Positions 16,117-25,322 of a stretch of 64,000 nt of DNA are shown one piece after another; the first letter of the stretch is position 1, and each line of letters starts with the position of its first letter. The DNA is taken from IMG/VR virus record IMGVR_UViG_3300038393_000351, positions 53,392 through 117,391 of that record, one strand, 5' to 3'. A program made the position numbers and the translations under genes. This DNA comes from a virus. A model generated the notes under the pieces. The model was not told where the DNA came from and made no database searches. It saw only the letters and a list, made by a program, of their open reading frames with translations.

Positions 16117-16231
16117 TGGCTGGGATGGTCAAAGCTTACACGGAAAATCACTTTGACGATAGGCTGCGCGATCTTTATCCGTTATTCAATCGTGCCAATG
16201 TGAACATCGTTACCGAGTCACCAACATCCCA
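16117..16231 (-). ncRNA. 115-nt tRNA-like small RNA
   Basis: 5' TGGGATG pairs with CATCCCA followed by GCCA-3'; internal hairpin GTCAAAG/CTTTGAC; between a promoter and the tRNA. Confidence 0.6.
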
Positions 16232-16237
16232 ATTCGC

Positions 16238-16267
16238 TTTATACTTCAGAACAAGAAGCACGTAAAC
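16238..16267 (-). promoter_or_regulatory. early-type promoter for the RNA genes
   Basis: GTTTACG-17 nt-TATAAA ending 6 nt before the tRNA-like RNA. Confidence 0.55.
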
Positions 16268-16269
16268 TC

Positions 16270-16965
16270 TTAGTTCTTCTCCAGAGGCTCGAGTGCTTGA
16301 TTGAGATTATCCTGAGAGTCATGGAGGTTCTCGATCTTCTCGAGCATCGGACCCTCGCCCCTCCTCATCTTCACAGCCGCTAGGTTTACGGCTTTGACGA
16401 AGTGAGGTTTCTTGATCTTGAAGCGAGACTCGACTTCCTCAGCCGCATCGACTTTGATCGTATCAGCAGTCTGACAGATCTCCTTCTGAAGCTGCTGAGC
16501 ACGGTTCAACAACACCAAAAGCATCTCAGACCGCTTATCGATGATGTCGGATTTAGGAATGCCCGCCGACTCCAGAGCGTGAACGAAGTCTTCTTCGTCT
16601 TCATTAGAGAACGATGATAGAAACGATTCAGGTACGAAGTCTTCCTCGAATTCGATCTTGATACCCATCTCCTTGAAGTAGTTGAGGAGGACAGTCCTTC
16701 CCGACAACTTCTGAAGGTGAAGAAGCTTCGAGACTTGATCAGCCAGAGCGACTTCCTTAGCCGGAGACGTAGGGCTCGGATAGCCTCCCTGATAGTAGAC
16801 TGAATCAGACAAGCGCTTGAAGTCGCTCTTACTGTATCCCAAATCACCGAATAAAATAGCAAATGCTTTCTTGAGTCCGCTAAACGTCGGATGTAGGATG
16901 GTGTCGAGATCTACTCTCGTCTGTGCACACTCATCAACAAAGTCTGAATACCCTAACTCACTCAT
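16270..16965 (-). CDS. hypothetical protein (C-terminus weakly DsbA/GapR-like)
   Basis: 231-aa ORF, ATGA overlap; helical C-terminus. Confidence 0.65.
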   Translation of the reverse strand: MSELGYSDFVDECAQTRVDLDTILHPTFSGLKKAFAILFGDLGYSKSDFKRLSDSVYYQGGYPSPTSPAKEVALADQVSKLLHLQKLSGRTVLLNYFKEMGIKIEFEEDFVPESFLSSFSNEDEEDFVHALESAGIPKSDIIDKRSEMLLVLLNRAQQLQKEICQTADTIKVDAAEEVESRFKIKKPHFVKAVNLAAVKMRRGEGPMLEKIENLHDSQDNLNQALEPLEKN

Positions 16966-17498
16966 AGCGATTTCCGATTCCTTTCTAATTTCTTCAGTCG
17001 ACGATCAGCCTGATCGCGGTGATACTTAGATGCACTGTCGTAGAATATCTGTCCGTTCAAGTGCTCCATCTCATGCTGAAAAACACGAGACGTTAGTCCC
17101 TTGTAAGTCTCCGTCTTCACTTCACCGTTCGGATAGGAGAAGCGAACTCGAATGAGTTTATATCTCTTTATCTTGACGACGTAACCAGGAAAAGATAAGC
17201 AGCCCTCTTCTAGAAGCTCAGTCTCTGGTTCATGATGAATGATTTTTGGATTGAAGACTACTGTGTTCTTCGGTGCCGTTCTCATAGCGAAGACTCGATA
17301 TGGAACACCTATCTGATTAGCAGCTAGGCCAATGCCGTTATAAGCATACATCGTCTTGACGAGGTCTGCGGCTAGCTGGATCGGATCAACTTGAGGATTA
17401 GCGAAATCGAACTCCTCACATGGTTTCAAAAGAGCTGCTCTGCTCTTTACAATCTCATGGAGATTTCCCTGAGGAATAGCGTCTATCTCATCTGTCAT
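16962..17498 (-). CDS. def: peptide deformylase
   Basis: GIGLAANQ, EGCLS, QHEMEHLNG motifs. Confidence 0.95.
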   Translation of the reverse strand: MTDEIDAIPQGNLHEIVKSRAALLKPCEEFDFANPQVDPIQLAADLVKTMYAYNGIGLAANQIGVPYRVFAMRTAPKNTVVFNPKIIHHEPETELLEEGCLSFPGYVVKIKRYKLIRVRFSYPNGEVKTETYKGLTSRVFQHEMEHLNGQIFYDSASKYHRDQADRRLKKLERNRKSL

Positions 17499-17510
17499 AG
17501 CAAACTCATG

Positions 17511-17548
17511 ATAAAAGTTGATCCCGTAAAACGTTTTACGGGATCAAC
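17511..17548 (-). terminator. terminator / 32-bp perfect palindrome
   Basis: GTTGATCCCGTAAAACGTTTTACGGGATCAAC (17517-17548) followed by TTTTAT on minus strand. Confidence 0.7.
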
Positions 17549-17557
17549 GAGGGTTAG

Positions 17558-17701
17558 TTACACTTTTGTAGAAGTCGTGTTAGATACGGGCGCCGGTGCA
17601 GCGTTGGACTGAGCTACCGGAGCGGCCGGCTTCTTACCAAACTTCTTCCAAGCAACGTAGGCACCTACAGCGACCAAAGCAAGCAAAATCAATGTTCCCA
17701 T
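17558..17701 (-). CDS. small single-pass membrane protein (47 aa)
   Basis: Manual translation MGTLILLALVAVGAYVAWKKFGKKPAAP...; AAGGAG RBS; ATAAATA upstream. Confidence 0.7.
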   Translation of the reverse strand: MGTLILLALVAVGAYVAWKKFGKKPAAPVAQSNAAPAPVSNTTSTKV

Positions 17702-17723
17702 TCTTCTCTCCTTTATGATGTGT

Positions 17724-18401
17724 TCATGTACTATTTATCAGATGTCTTGGAAGACAGTCTAGAAAATGCTTCTTATCATCGGGAGACAGAGAATCCCTCC
17801 AAGATTTATACATAGCCTTCGTATCTATCCAGTTCGTCATCGTTCCCTGAAATGGCATAGTGTTGTCCCAGATCCACCAAGCATACGCAACCATTCCAGA
17901 GATAGCAGTCTTTTCAGTATGCCATCTATCCTCATTACATGAAAAGCGGCCTGAGAAGATGAGAATGTCGGACGGCGGTGTCTCTTTAAACATCTTCAAA
18001 CGCCTGTTTGACTCAGCGAACGTCAGTCGACAGAGCATCGCTGTGTATGGAACTAATGAAATCGAGCGTTCGATAAACGCCTGAGCCATATTCTTCCCAT
18101 ACGGTGGATTGGTGATTATACCATCAAAATCACCTTCTGTTTTAAGAAAATCATTGCCGTATTCTACAGGAGAAACTGGATCACGATAGTTATAGAGATC
18201 AGTCGCGTACACTTCTCGTTGATTACGCTTGAGCTCCCAGGCCATCCAGCCTCGACCAGCGGCCGGCTCCCAGATCTTCCTGGGTGGAGCATGATATTGA
18301 ACAAGAGCGTAGGTAGCGAATGGATGTGTGGGGTAGTGATCGTGCTCGTTGCGTTCCTCTGTAACAGTCCGAACACCACCGTACATATTAGCAAATGTCA
18401 T
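17724..18401 (-). CDS. N6-adenine (amino) DNA methyltransferase
   Basis: D.YPT, WEPAAGRG SAM-binding motif, ITNPPY catalytic motif. Confidence 0.88.
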   Translation of the reverse strand: MTFANMYGGVRTVTEERNEHDHYPTHPFATYALVQYHAPPRKIWEPAAGRGWMAWELKRNQREVYATDLYNYRDPVSPVEYGNDFLKTEGDFDGIITNPPYGKNMAQAFIERSISLVPYTAMLCRLTFAESNRRLKMFKETPPSDILIFSGRFSCNEDRWHTEKTAISGMVAYAWWIWDNTMPFQGTMTNWIDTKAMYKSWRDSLSPDDKKHFLDCLPRHLINST

Positions 18402-20110
18402 TGTACCATCTTTGAAAAATTATTGTGCTTCTCAAATTTAATCACTTTCTCAAACTGATCGTAGAGCTGATCGGCTTTATGAGAGATGACGAAGACGTTG
18501 TTGTCTTCGGTGACTTTACCCAATATCTTCATGAACTCCTCGATCCCTGTAGCATCGAGTGAGGAGTCAAACACTTCGTCCATGATGAGAAGGTTCGTGT
18601 TGATCGATGAGCGAAGCTTCGCGACTGCTCTCCAAGCAAAGAGAACGGCCAGATCGATCCTCATCTTCTCACCCTCTGAGAATGAATTGTATGAGAAGTC
18701 GTCTCGTCCCCGCGACTTGATCGTCTCCTCAAAGTTCTCATCCATGTTGAAGTCGACAAAGAAGTCGAGTGAGGCTAAGTACTTATTGATCAGCTTGTTG
18801 ATGATCGGAACATACTGCTTGATGATCTTAGCTTTGATCCCGGTATCCTTGAGAAGGACGGAGACGTACTCCATCATGTACAGTTGGTTCTCAAGTTCCT
18901 TCTTCTCGATCTCAAGCTCTTTCAGATCACTTTCTAAATCATCTAGAGATTCTCCAGATATCTCCTTCTGCTCAACATCGAGCGCTTCTATCTCTCGTTC
19001 AAGTGTTCTGATGTACTTATCTATCGTATCGATCTTTGTTCCGAGAACGTATATCTCAACGTTGATGTCGGCTACTTTCTTATTAACAGCGGTGATCTCC
19101 CGAAGACGCTCCTCTACCTTCGAATACTGTTCTCCTAAAAGCTTCAGACCAGCTTCAGTCTCAGCTACGGCGTCCTTCTTAGAGGACAGCGTACACTCCT
19201 TAAAAGAACCATTTATCTCTTGATTACACGTAGGACAATTATCATGATCGTTTAAAAACTTAACATCCTGAAGAAGAGATGATATCTTACCATCGAGCTG
19301 ATTTCTGATGGATCGCATCTTCTTAGCGCGATTATCAAGTGAATGAAAGTCAGTAATCTGCTCAAGAAGTGCATCGACTTCCTTAGTCTTCTGATGAATG
19401 GCTATTCCGTGATCCTGTCGCTCCTCATACAGCGCTGTGATCTTCTCCTCCTTCTCCCAGATCTGCTTCTGCTTCTCCTCAGCGAGCTGCTCAGTGTGCT
19501 TCTTAGCCATCTTGATCTTGGCATCTAGAACATCTTTTTCACGTTTCCTATCCTGAATTAACTTTTCTACATATGAAAAACGAGTTTTCAGGATTGTGTT
19601 CATAGAAGTAAAGATTTTCAAGTCGAGAACGTCTTCGGTGATCTCCCTTCTCTGACCACCGGGAAGCTGCATGAACGGAACGAATGAAGCTGAACCGAGA
19701 ATGACTATCTGACAGAAAGTCTTGAAGTTAGTCTTGAGGATGTGCTTTTCTAGATGTGCCTGATAGTCTGTATTCTTTGCATCTTGATTGATCAAGACAC
19801 CGTTCTTCCAGATCTCAAAGACGTTCGGTCTCATCCCGCGAACGACTTTATAGTGCGCTCCTCGAGTCTTGAACTCAACGTATCCCAGACAGTCTTTCTT
19901 AGTCGCGCTGTTGCACAGCTGGGGCTTGTTGATCTTTCTGAATGGTTTATTAAACAGAACGAAGCACAGAGCATCGAGCATCGTCGACTTTCCAGCGCCG
20001 TTGTCACCGACGACTAGAGTCATTTTATTCTCAGTCAGGTCGATCTCAGTCATGAGATTGCCCGTCGAGAGAAAGTTCTTATACCCAATTTTAAGAAAAT
20101 AAAGGTTCAT
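18398..20110 (-). CDS. gp46: recombination endonuclease ATPase subunit (Rad50/SbcC-like)
   Basis: KNFLSTGN, GDNGAGKST, CPTC zinc hook, FSEGEK, LIMDE. Confidence 0.97.
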   Translation of the reverse strand: MNLYFLKIGYKNFLSTGNLMTEIDLTENKMTLVVGDNGAGKSTMLDALCFVLFNKPFRKINKPQLCNSATKKDCLGYVEFKTRGAHYKVVRGMRPNVFEIWKNGVLINQDAKNTDYQAHLEKHILKTNFKTFCQIVILGSASFVPFMQLPGGQRREITEDVLDLKIFTSMNTILKTRFSYVEKLIQDRKREKDVLDAKIKMAKKHTEQLAEEKQKQIWEKEEKITALYEERQDHGIAIHQKTKEVDALLEQITDFHSLDNRAKKMRSIRNQLDGKISSLLQDVKFLNDHDNCPTCNQEINGSFKECTLSSKKDAVAETEAGLKLLGEQYSKVEERLREITAVNKKVADINVEIYVLGTKIDTIDKYIRTLEREIEALDVEQKEISGESLDDLESDLKELEIEKKELENQLYMMEYVSVLLKDTGIKAKIIKQYVPIINKLINKYLASLDFFVDFNMDENFEETIKSRGRDDFSYNSFSEGEKMRIDLAVLFAWRAVAKLRSSINTNLLIMDEVFDSSLDATGIEEFMKILGKVTEDNNVFVISHKADQLYDQFEKVIKFEKHNNFSKMVQ

Positions 20111-20490
20111 TCGCCGATCGTGTATTGAGCAAAAAGTCCTTCAGGAAATCCACAAGCAGTTAGATCTCGTTTTAAATCTTTAACATAGAAGTCATGATAT
20201 TCATTATGTAAAAATGACATCTGCGGGACATGAAACGGTTCTTGATTTATATCAAGACTGCAACCGCTAACGGCAGTCAACATCTGTTTATCAAAGAGTA
20301 CTTCAACTACATCATCCGATGCATCACTTTCAATTTTAATAACAAAAGGAAATGATGGATCACCGCGTGTTTTCGCTGGTCGAGTGATAATAATCTTGTT
20401 GTAAAGTTTCTTATTAAGAAAAACAAATGCCAAATTTACGGGATACATGCCCTCACGTTGAGGGCAATGAATTGTATAAAATCTACTCAC
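20107..20490 (-). CDS. hypothetical protein inserted between gp47 and gp46
   Basis: 127-aa AT-rich ORF overlapping both neighbours. Confidence 0.65.
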   Translation of the reverse strand: MSRFYTIHCPQREGMYPVNLAFVFLNKKLYNKIIITRPAKTRGDPSFPFVIKIESDASDDVVEVLFDKQMLTAVSGCSLDINQEPFHVPQMSFLHNEYHDFYVKDLKRDLTACGFPEGLFAQYTIGE

Positions 20491-21562
20491 TTTGTAATGC
20501 CTCGCTATATAATGAACTAATGAATTTGTCTAACTTAATCGGATCGATTCCAGATGTATTCGTCGTGGAGATAGTCTTCTTAAAGATGGTCAGTGTATCT
20601 TCCGCTTCATCTACGATCGTATCATCTTCAGTCACGTTTAAGTTGAGGTGATCGTCTACTACTTGAATATCGAGCGGATTCGACTTCTCGACTCGATCCA
20701 TGAACACGTTGAAGAGAGCGACGTCGTTCCTATCACGAACTACCACCTTGACGTACTTATTCGTCAGCTGAGTAAAATCGTACTCTTCAAGAACTTCCTT
20801 CATATCAAGCTCCACGTCGGTGTAGTGGAGCTTCTCAAACATATGATATGGATTCTCTATGAACTCCAGTTCTCTGGTCACTGTATCGAACACATGAAAT
20901 CCACGTGGGTCTTTGTGATCCGACCACGTAAACTCAGCATGTGCACCGAGGTAGTGAATATTTCCCTGAGAGGATATGTGATGATAGTGTCCTGATCCAA
21001 CGAAATCGAATTTTCTGAAGATGGATGCGTCGTCTCCGTGTGCGGCGATCGTGTGTCTGTCAAAAGCAAAATCCTTCAGCTCAAGGTGACCCAAGCAGAT
21101 CTGAGCTTTTGTCGACTCAATCACCTTCATCGTATGTTCACGGTTTGCGTCGCAGATCCAAGGGACGAACAGAACGTGTGTTCCATCAGATAGCTTAACG
21201 TCCGCAGCCGCATCGTAGATACGCATGTCGTAGTCTTCAGAGTAGCGATGACACAGTTCCTTAACACCACTCACTTCGTTCGTGTTTTTGAAGTACACGT
21301 CGTGATTACCCAGAATAAGGTGCATATAGCAGTCTAATCTAAGATGCGGATTGATGAAGTCTTCTCTCAATCGCTTAGCTGTAATAAAGTTCACATACTT
21401 ACGACGATCGAGAAGATCACCGAGAAAGATCATTTCTCGGATGTCATGTTCGTTGATGTACGGAAAATAAACGTTATCAAAGAAAAGCTTGTTGCTATCC
21501 AACATAGCGGCGTTGTCGTTACGCACACCATAGTGGATATCCGTAATTAACGGTATCTTCAT
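20483..21562 (-). CDS. gp47: recombination endonuclease subunit (Mre11/SbcD-like)
   Basis: TDIHYG, LGDLLD, GNHD, GHLE, SGHYH. Confidence 0.96.
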   Translation of the reverse strand: MKIPLITDIHYGVRNDNAAMLDSNKLFFDNVYFPYINEHDIREMIFLGDLLDRRKYVNFITAKRLREDFINPHLRLDCYMHLILGNHDVYFKNTNEVSGVKELCHRYSEDYDMRIYDAAADVKLSDGTHVLFVPWICDANREHTMKVIESTKAQICLGHLELKDFAFDRHTIAAHGDDASIFRKFDFVGSGHYHHISSQGNIHYLGAHAEFTWSDHKDPRGFHVFDTVTRELEFIENPYHMFEKLHYTDVELDMKEVLEEYDFTQLTNKYVKVVVRDRNDVALFNVFMDRVEKSNPLDIQVVDDHLNLNVTEDDTIVDEAEDTLTIFKKTISTTNTSGIDPIKLDKFISSLYSEALQSE

Positions 21563-21570
21563 CGAACCTC

Positions 21571-22095
21571 TTAGACTGATGCTTTAGGTGATTTACTCTT
21601 CTCGGATTTCTTCTCATCAACGAGAGCGAGTAGTCCTTTTTTATTCTTCTTCTTTTGCTCTGTCAATTTTTTCTCGAACGCTTCAATGACGGCATGGGAA
21701 TGCTCGTTGGGAGCCGAGCCGATGTTGTCGTATCCATTCTGGAAGTTCTTATGCTTGATATAAGTTTCCTTCTTTTCCAATGAGATACGACGAATGAAGG
21801 CTCTCCATGCTACCATCGTAAAGTAAGCGTGCGGGTTCTTGTACTTATATGGATCGAAGTGTTTGACTGCGTAGATGCAGTTCTCCACCGCATCGTCTAT
21901 CATCTCGTCCTTGTACGTATACCCGATGAAGTTGCTCTTATACGACAACCCATGACATATCTTTAGGATCGCATCACCGATCACGTTCGATATAGCACGA
22001 GGCTCGGGTTGTTCCCGGTACTTGATGAACTCAGCGTGTAGAACTTTGTTGTTGACGTAGTTCGTGGTCTTCTTCTTAGTTTTTCCGACTGGCAT
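21571..22095 (-). CDS. gp55: late transcription sigma factor
   Basis: NYVNNK, NFIGYTYKDEMIDDAVENC, NPHAYFT...AFIRRI..EKK; ATG at 22095. Confidence 0.93.
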   Translation of the reverse strand: MPVGKTKKKTTNYVNNKVLHAEFIKYREQPEPRAISNVIGDAILKICHGLSYKSNFIGYTYKDEMIDDAVENCIYAVKHFDPYKYKNPHAYFTMVAWRAFIRRISLEKKETYIKHKNFQNGYDNIGSAPNEHSHAVIEAFEKKLTEQKKKNKKGLLALVDEKKSEKSKSPKASV

Positions 22096-22693
22096 TCTTT
22101 CCTTTACCCGCTTTCTCCGCCAGTTCAACCAGGGAATCAATGATGTCGCTTCTAGTGCGAACGCTATCGGGAACAGACGAAGAAGCTTTGATGGTCTTTC
22201 CCTTCTTCTCCTCATTCTCGATTTCTTGAAGATCATCATCGGTCGGATCAAAGAGACCGGAGCGACGCGACTGAAGACGACGGTGGGATTGAATGGAATT
22301 GAAGATGCGCTGATCGAAATACATCTTATTCAGATCGTAGCTGTCGTGAGCAACGGCGTGCAGGATCTTCATCTGCTCATCTACTGGGTAGATTGAGACG
22401 ATGTGATACATTGGAAACGTAAAGATGTCTGGATTCTGAGATGCGAGACCCCATGGTGATAGGATGATCTGTTCACCGTAGAACATCAGACGCATCGGTT
22501 TAACCACAACTATCAGTCCATCGTCGTAGAACATCGTCTCATCGACGTGACCTATGATCTCATCTCCAGTAATGAGCTTAAAGTAACAGAGCTCAGTCTT
22601 CAGCTCGGGTTCCTCAGTCTTCAGCTCGGGTTCCTCAGTCTTCTTAACCGAGGCCGGAGGCTTCCTCTTAGTCGCGGGTTTCTTAACGGCCAT
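22076..22693 (-). CDS. conserved T4-like protein between uvsW and gp55
   Basis: FKLITGDEIIG motif and position. Confidence 0.7.
   Translation of the reverse strand: MAVKKPATKRKPPASVKKTEEPELKTEEPELKTELCYFKLITGDEIIGHVDETMFYDDGLIVVVKPMRLMFYGEQIILSPWGLASQNPDIFTFPMYHIVSIYPVDEQMKILHAVAHDSYDLNKMYFDQRIFNSIQSHRRLQSRRSGLFDPTDDDLQEIENEEKKGKTIKASSSVPDSVRTRSDIIDSLVELAEKAGKGKNASRKN
22592..22643. repeat. 21-bp in-frame tandem repeat (about 2.5 copies)
   Basis: unit CTCAGTCTTCAGCTCGGGTTC encoding TEEPELK twice. Confidence 0.85.
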
Positions 22694-24156
22694 TATAAAT
22701 CTACCTTATAGATGCGGTACGGGAATAATTCTTGATTGTAGAGCTTGATGCGCTCGACAAAGTGCTTCAGTGTATAGTTCGTCTTTCCCTTCCAAGAAAG
22801 ATCGTCAGCTATATCATATAACACAGCTTTCGATTTTGATACCGTTCGTCTCAATGTTCTTCCGATAGATTGAAGTATCTTTATCCTGGCTTTCGCTGGA
22901 GACGAGAAGATCATGTTGTTGAGGTTGGGAATGTTCGTTCCCATTGAGAACACACCGGATGAAGCGACTGTGATTGAGTCAGTCTGAGAGTTTACGAACT
23001 TACGTATCATCTCACGCTCATCTTTAGGTGTCTTACCAGCAACGAAGAGAACCGGAACCTTCGCTTCCTTCTCGATCATCTTGAAGAGAACTTCACCGTG
23101 CTTCTCCACGAACTGAAAGAGGATCATCGTGTTTCCCTTGAGCGAGAGAGCTAAGTTCTTGATGAATTGATTTCTCTTCTCGCAAGTCACGATGTAGTCG
23201 AGCTCAGTCTGGTAGTCGGCTTTCTTCAGTGAGTCCCTGACATCTTCGGAGTGTCTTAAGACGAGCGCTTTGATCGAGAGCGCGGAGAGCGTTCCCCTCT
23301 CGATAAGCTCAGCGGTTGTAGCTACTCTGAGTATCGGACCAAAGAGTCCTTGAATGACGAGTTCATTCGTCAGAGTACCATCGAGTGATCCAGTCGCACC
23401 GATCCTGATCTCGCAGTCAGTCAGACGCTCCATGATGCCGGTGAGTTCACGGGCTTTAAAGCCGTGAACCTCGTCTCCCAGAACAACTTCAAACTGCCTG
23501 AAGTAGTCTTCATCCATGTCCTGGATAGACTGCCACGTCGAGACTACAACCTGCTTATCAGTGTGCTTAGACTGTCCGCCGAAGATCTTGTGAACGTGAG
23601 TCTCGGAGTCAAAACCATACTCCTCCCAGTCCGAGAACATCTGATCAACTAGTTGGATAGTCGGAACGATGAGCAGCGTCTTTAGATTGAAGAACCTGGT
23701 GATGATGTAGAGGATCAGAGACTTACCGGCTCCAGTCGGTGCTAGAACAGTTAATCTCTGATTGTTAATTGCTTTTAGACAAGCTTCGATCTGCTCAGCG
23801 CGAACGATGAAGGGTTTACCATTCATCTCCTTGGGAAGACCGAGTTCTTCAATGAAGCTCAGCAAGAACTCTTCTGTGATCGGTTCAAACTTCTCAGACG
23901 CTTCGTCTACGAATTCATAGTCTCGAACTTCACAGAACTCCCTGATCTTATCACGAAGACCCGAATAAATGAGAGGTTTGTGAATGGACGTAAGACGTAT
24001 CTTACCGTCCCATACTTTGTTCTTATACTTCGGATTGAACTGATAGTTGGGAACGTAGAAAGTGAACTCATCAGCGAGTTCTTGGATCAAACCCTTATCC
24101 GCGACTATCAGGTCTTTAACGGCGTTGTATTTTTCAAGCGTAATTCTGTCCGGCAT
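22693..24156 (-). CDS. uvsW: UvsW RNA-DNA/DNA helicase
   Basis: WDGKIRL, PTGAGKS, DEVH, QSIGR.LR. Confidence 0.96.
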   Translation of the reverse strand: MPDRITLEKYNAVKDLIVADKGLIQELADEFTFYVPNYQFNPKYKNKVWDGKIRLTSIHKPLIYSGLRDKIREFCEVRDYEFVDEASEKFEPITEEFLLSFIEELGLPKEMNGKPFIVRAEQIEACLKAINNQRLTVLAPTGAGKSLILYIITRFFNLKTLLIVPTIQLVDQMFSDWEEYGFDSETHVHKIFGGQSKHTDKQVVVSTWQSIQDMDEDYFRQFEVVLGDEVHGFKARELTGIMERLTDCEIRIGATGSLDGTLTNELVIQGLFGPILRVATTAELIERGTLSALSIKALVLRHSEDVRDSLKKADYQTELDYIVTCEKRNQFIKNLALSLKGNTMILFQFVEKHGEVLFKMIEKEAKVPVLFVAGKTPKDEREMIRKFVNSQTDSITVASSGVFSMGTNIPNLNNMIFSSPAKARIKILQSIGRTLRRTVSKSKAVLYDIADDLSWKGKTNYTLKHFVERIKLYNQELFPYRIYKVDL

Positions 24157-24210
24157 CGTATCTCATTCTAAAGCGTTGTCTCCTTTATTTATGAGATACG
24201 TAGAAGCGGA

Positions 24211-24378
24211 CTACTCGTTCAGAAGCTGAGGACCAGAGCTTCCATTACCCTCATTCAACTTCTTCTTTTTCTTCTGAGCTTTCTGAATAGCTCTCTCGGC
24301 TTCCTCTCTCGTTAAGTTGCCGGTATCGATCGAAAAGATCCGTCTACCGGAGTCGTCGTTAAGCAACATCTCAGTCAT
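24211..24378 (-). CDS. 55-aa protein resembling the portal clip segment
   Basis: RRIFSIDTGNLTREEAE versus gp20 RRVWYIDVGNLPKAKAE; GGAG RBS before ATG 24378. Confidence 0.55.
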   Translation of the reverse strand: MTEMLLNDDSGRRIFSIDTGNLTREEAERAIQKAQKKKKKLNEGNGSSGPQLLNE

Positions 24379-24622
24379 TAGCCTTCTCCAAATATGTTCT
24401 AGCAAACTCAGCGTCGGTGCGGAGTTTTTCTATGTCTTCACTTATAACGTTTTCTAGTTGATTTAACGAATGAATATCACTAGCAATTTTAAACAGATGT
24501 CTTGAAAGATAATCAATCAGATAGCTTGCGTGCAGCGGACCATTTGGATCGGATAACATTCCGTCTACGTATAGATCTGGTCTCCCCGTTGTTTCATTTA
24601 TCATAATATCGAACTTCTTCAC
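24371..24622 (-). CDS. hypothetical protein
   Basis: 83-aa ORF, GGAGG RBS, GTG start. Confidence 0.65.
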   Translation of the reverse strand: MKKFDIMINETTGRPDLYVDGMLSDPNGPLHASYLIDYLSRHLFKIASDIHSLNQLENVISEDIEKLRTDAEFARTYLEKAND

Positions 24623-25069
24623 TTAACCTCCTTGTATGAATTTTTGCCAGTCAAGCATTCGACCGATTTCCCAATTCCGTCCTTGAACGGCTTTGAGTAT
24701 CATGTCGAGTGCAGCGACTATCTCAGCTTGATAGGCTACTTTCAAGTTCATCGCTATGATGTCTTTATCCGCGTCCATGTAGAGCGGCAGATCACTCTTG
24801 AGGACGATGCCTTTAGCTGGGAGAGTCCAACCCTTGGCCGCGGTCTCCTTGGTAGGACCGAGTGTATAGAACTCATGCTTCTGAAGCCGAAGCTCCTTAA
24901 GCTGTCCCTGAAGTTGAACTAACCTGAGGTTCTCTGTGGACCTGATCCGAAGGTACTTAGCGTGCAGCTTCGCGATCTTTCTCGACTCTTCCCCGAGTTC
25001 AGTCCTATCGATTTCAGTATCCTGATCCCAGGAGTTCAGGATTTCCTCTAGCTTCAATACCTTCGTCAA
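24623..25069 (-). CDS. uvsY: recombination mediator UvsY
   Basis: W.QD.EID..EL.EES.KI.KLH.KY...DW.KF..G; position between gp3 and uvsW. Confidence 0.9.
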   Translation of the reverse strand: MTKVLKLEEILNSWDQDTEIDRTELGEESRKIAKLHAKYLRIRSTENLRLVQLQGQLKELRLQKHEFYTLGPTKETAAKGWTLPAKGIVLKSDLPLYMDADKDIIAMNLKVAYQAEIVAALDMILKAVQGRNWEIGRMLDWQKFIQGG

Positions 25070-25165
25070 CCGATCACCGGAGGAGTCAAGTAAAAGCTTC
25101 GGATGAAGTACAACACTCTCTTATAAAAACGCTTCATTCTCATGTCTTCATTATCTAAATGCTTT

Positions 25166-25194
25166 ACTATACAAAACGAATGTGCCGTTGTTAA
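25166..25194 (-). promoter_or_regulatory. sigma70-type promoter upstream of uvsY
   Basis: TTAACA-17 nt-TATAGT. Confidence 0.5.
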
Positions 25195-25322
25195 TCAAAA
25201 ACAATGCCGTTCTTGGTAACGGGAATGTTATTTTACTTCGGCTGATGATTATGGTACTAATAAGAAGTCTTCCACCCACCACAAGATCCTCTGTTGGAGG
25301 ATTTGTATCAAGATACAGTTGG

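Noticed and set aside
18486-19223. 245-aa plus-strand ORF and many similar antisense ORFs
   Set aside because: Shadow frames of conserved minus-strand genes with no RBS or recognisable motifs
22096-22251. Extended N-terminus of gp55 in the ORF track (also 334..543, 6694..6789, 12946..13062, 28063..28122)
   Set aside because: Overlap upstream genes or lack an RBS; downstream starts match family N-termini or have clear RBS
22592-22643. 21-bp tandem repeat as regulatory or phase-variable element
   Set aside because: In-frame duplication in a low-complexity N-terminal linker; no frame change
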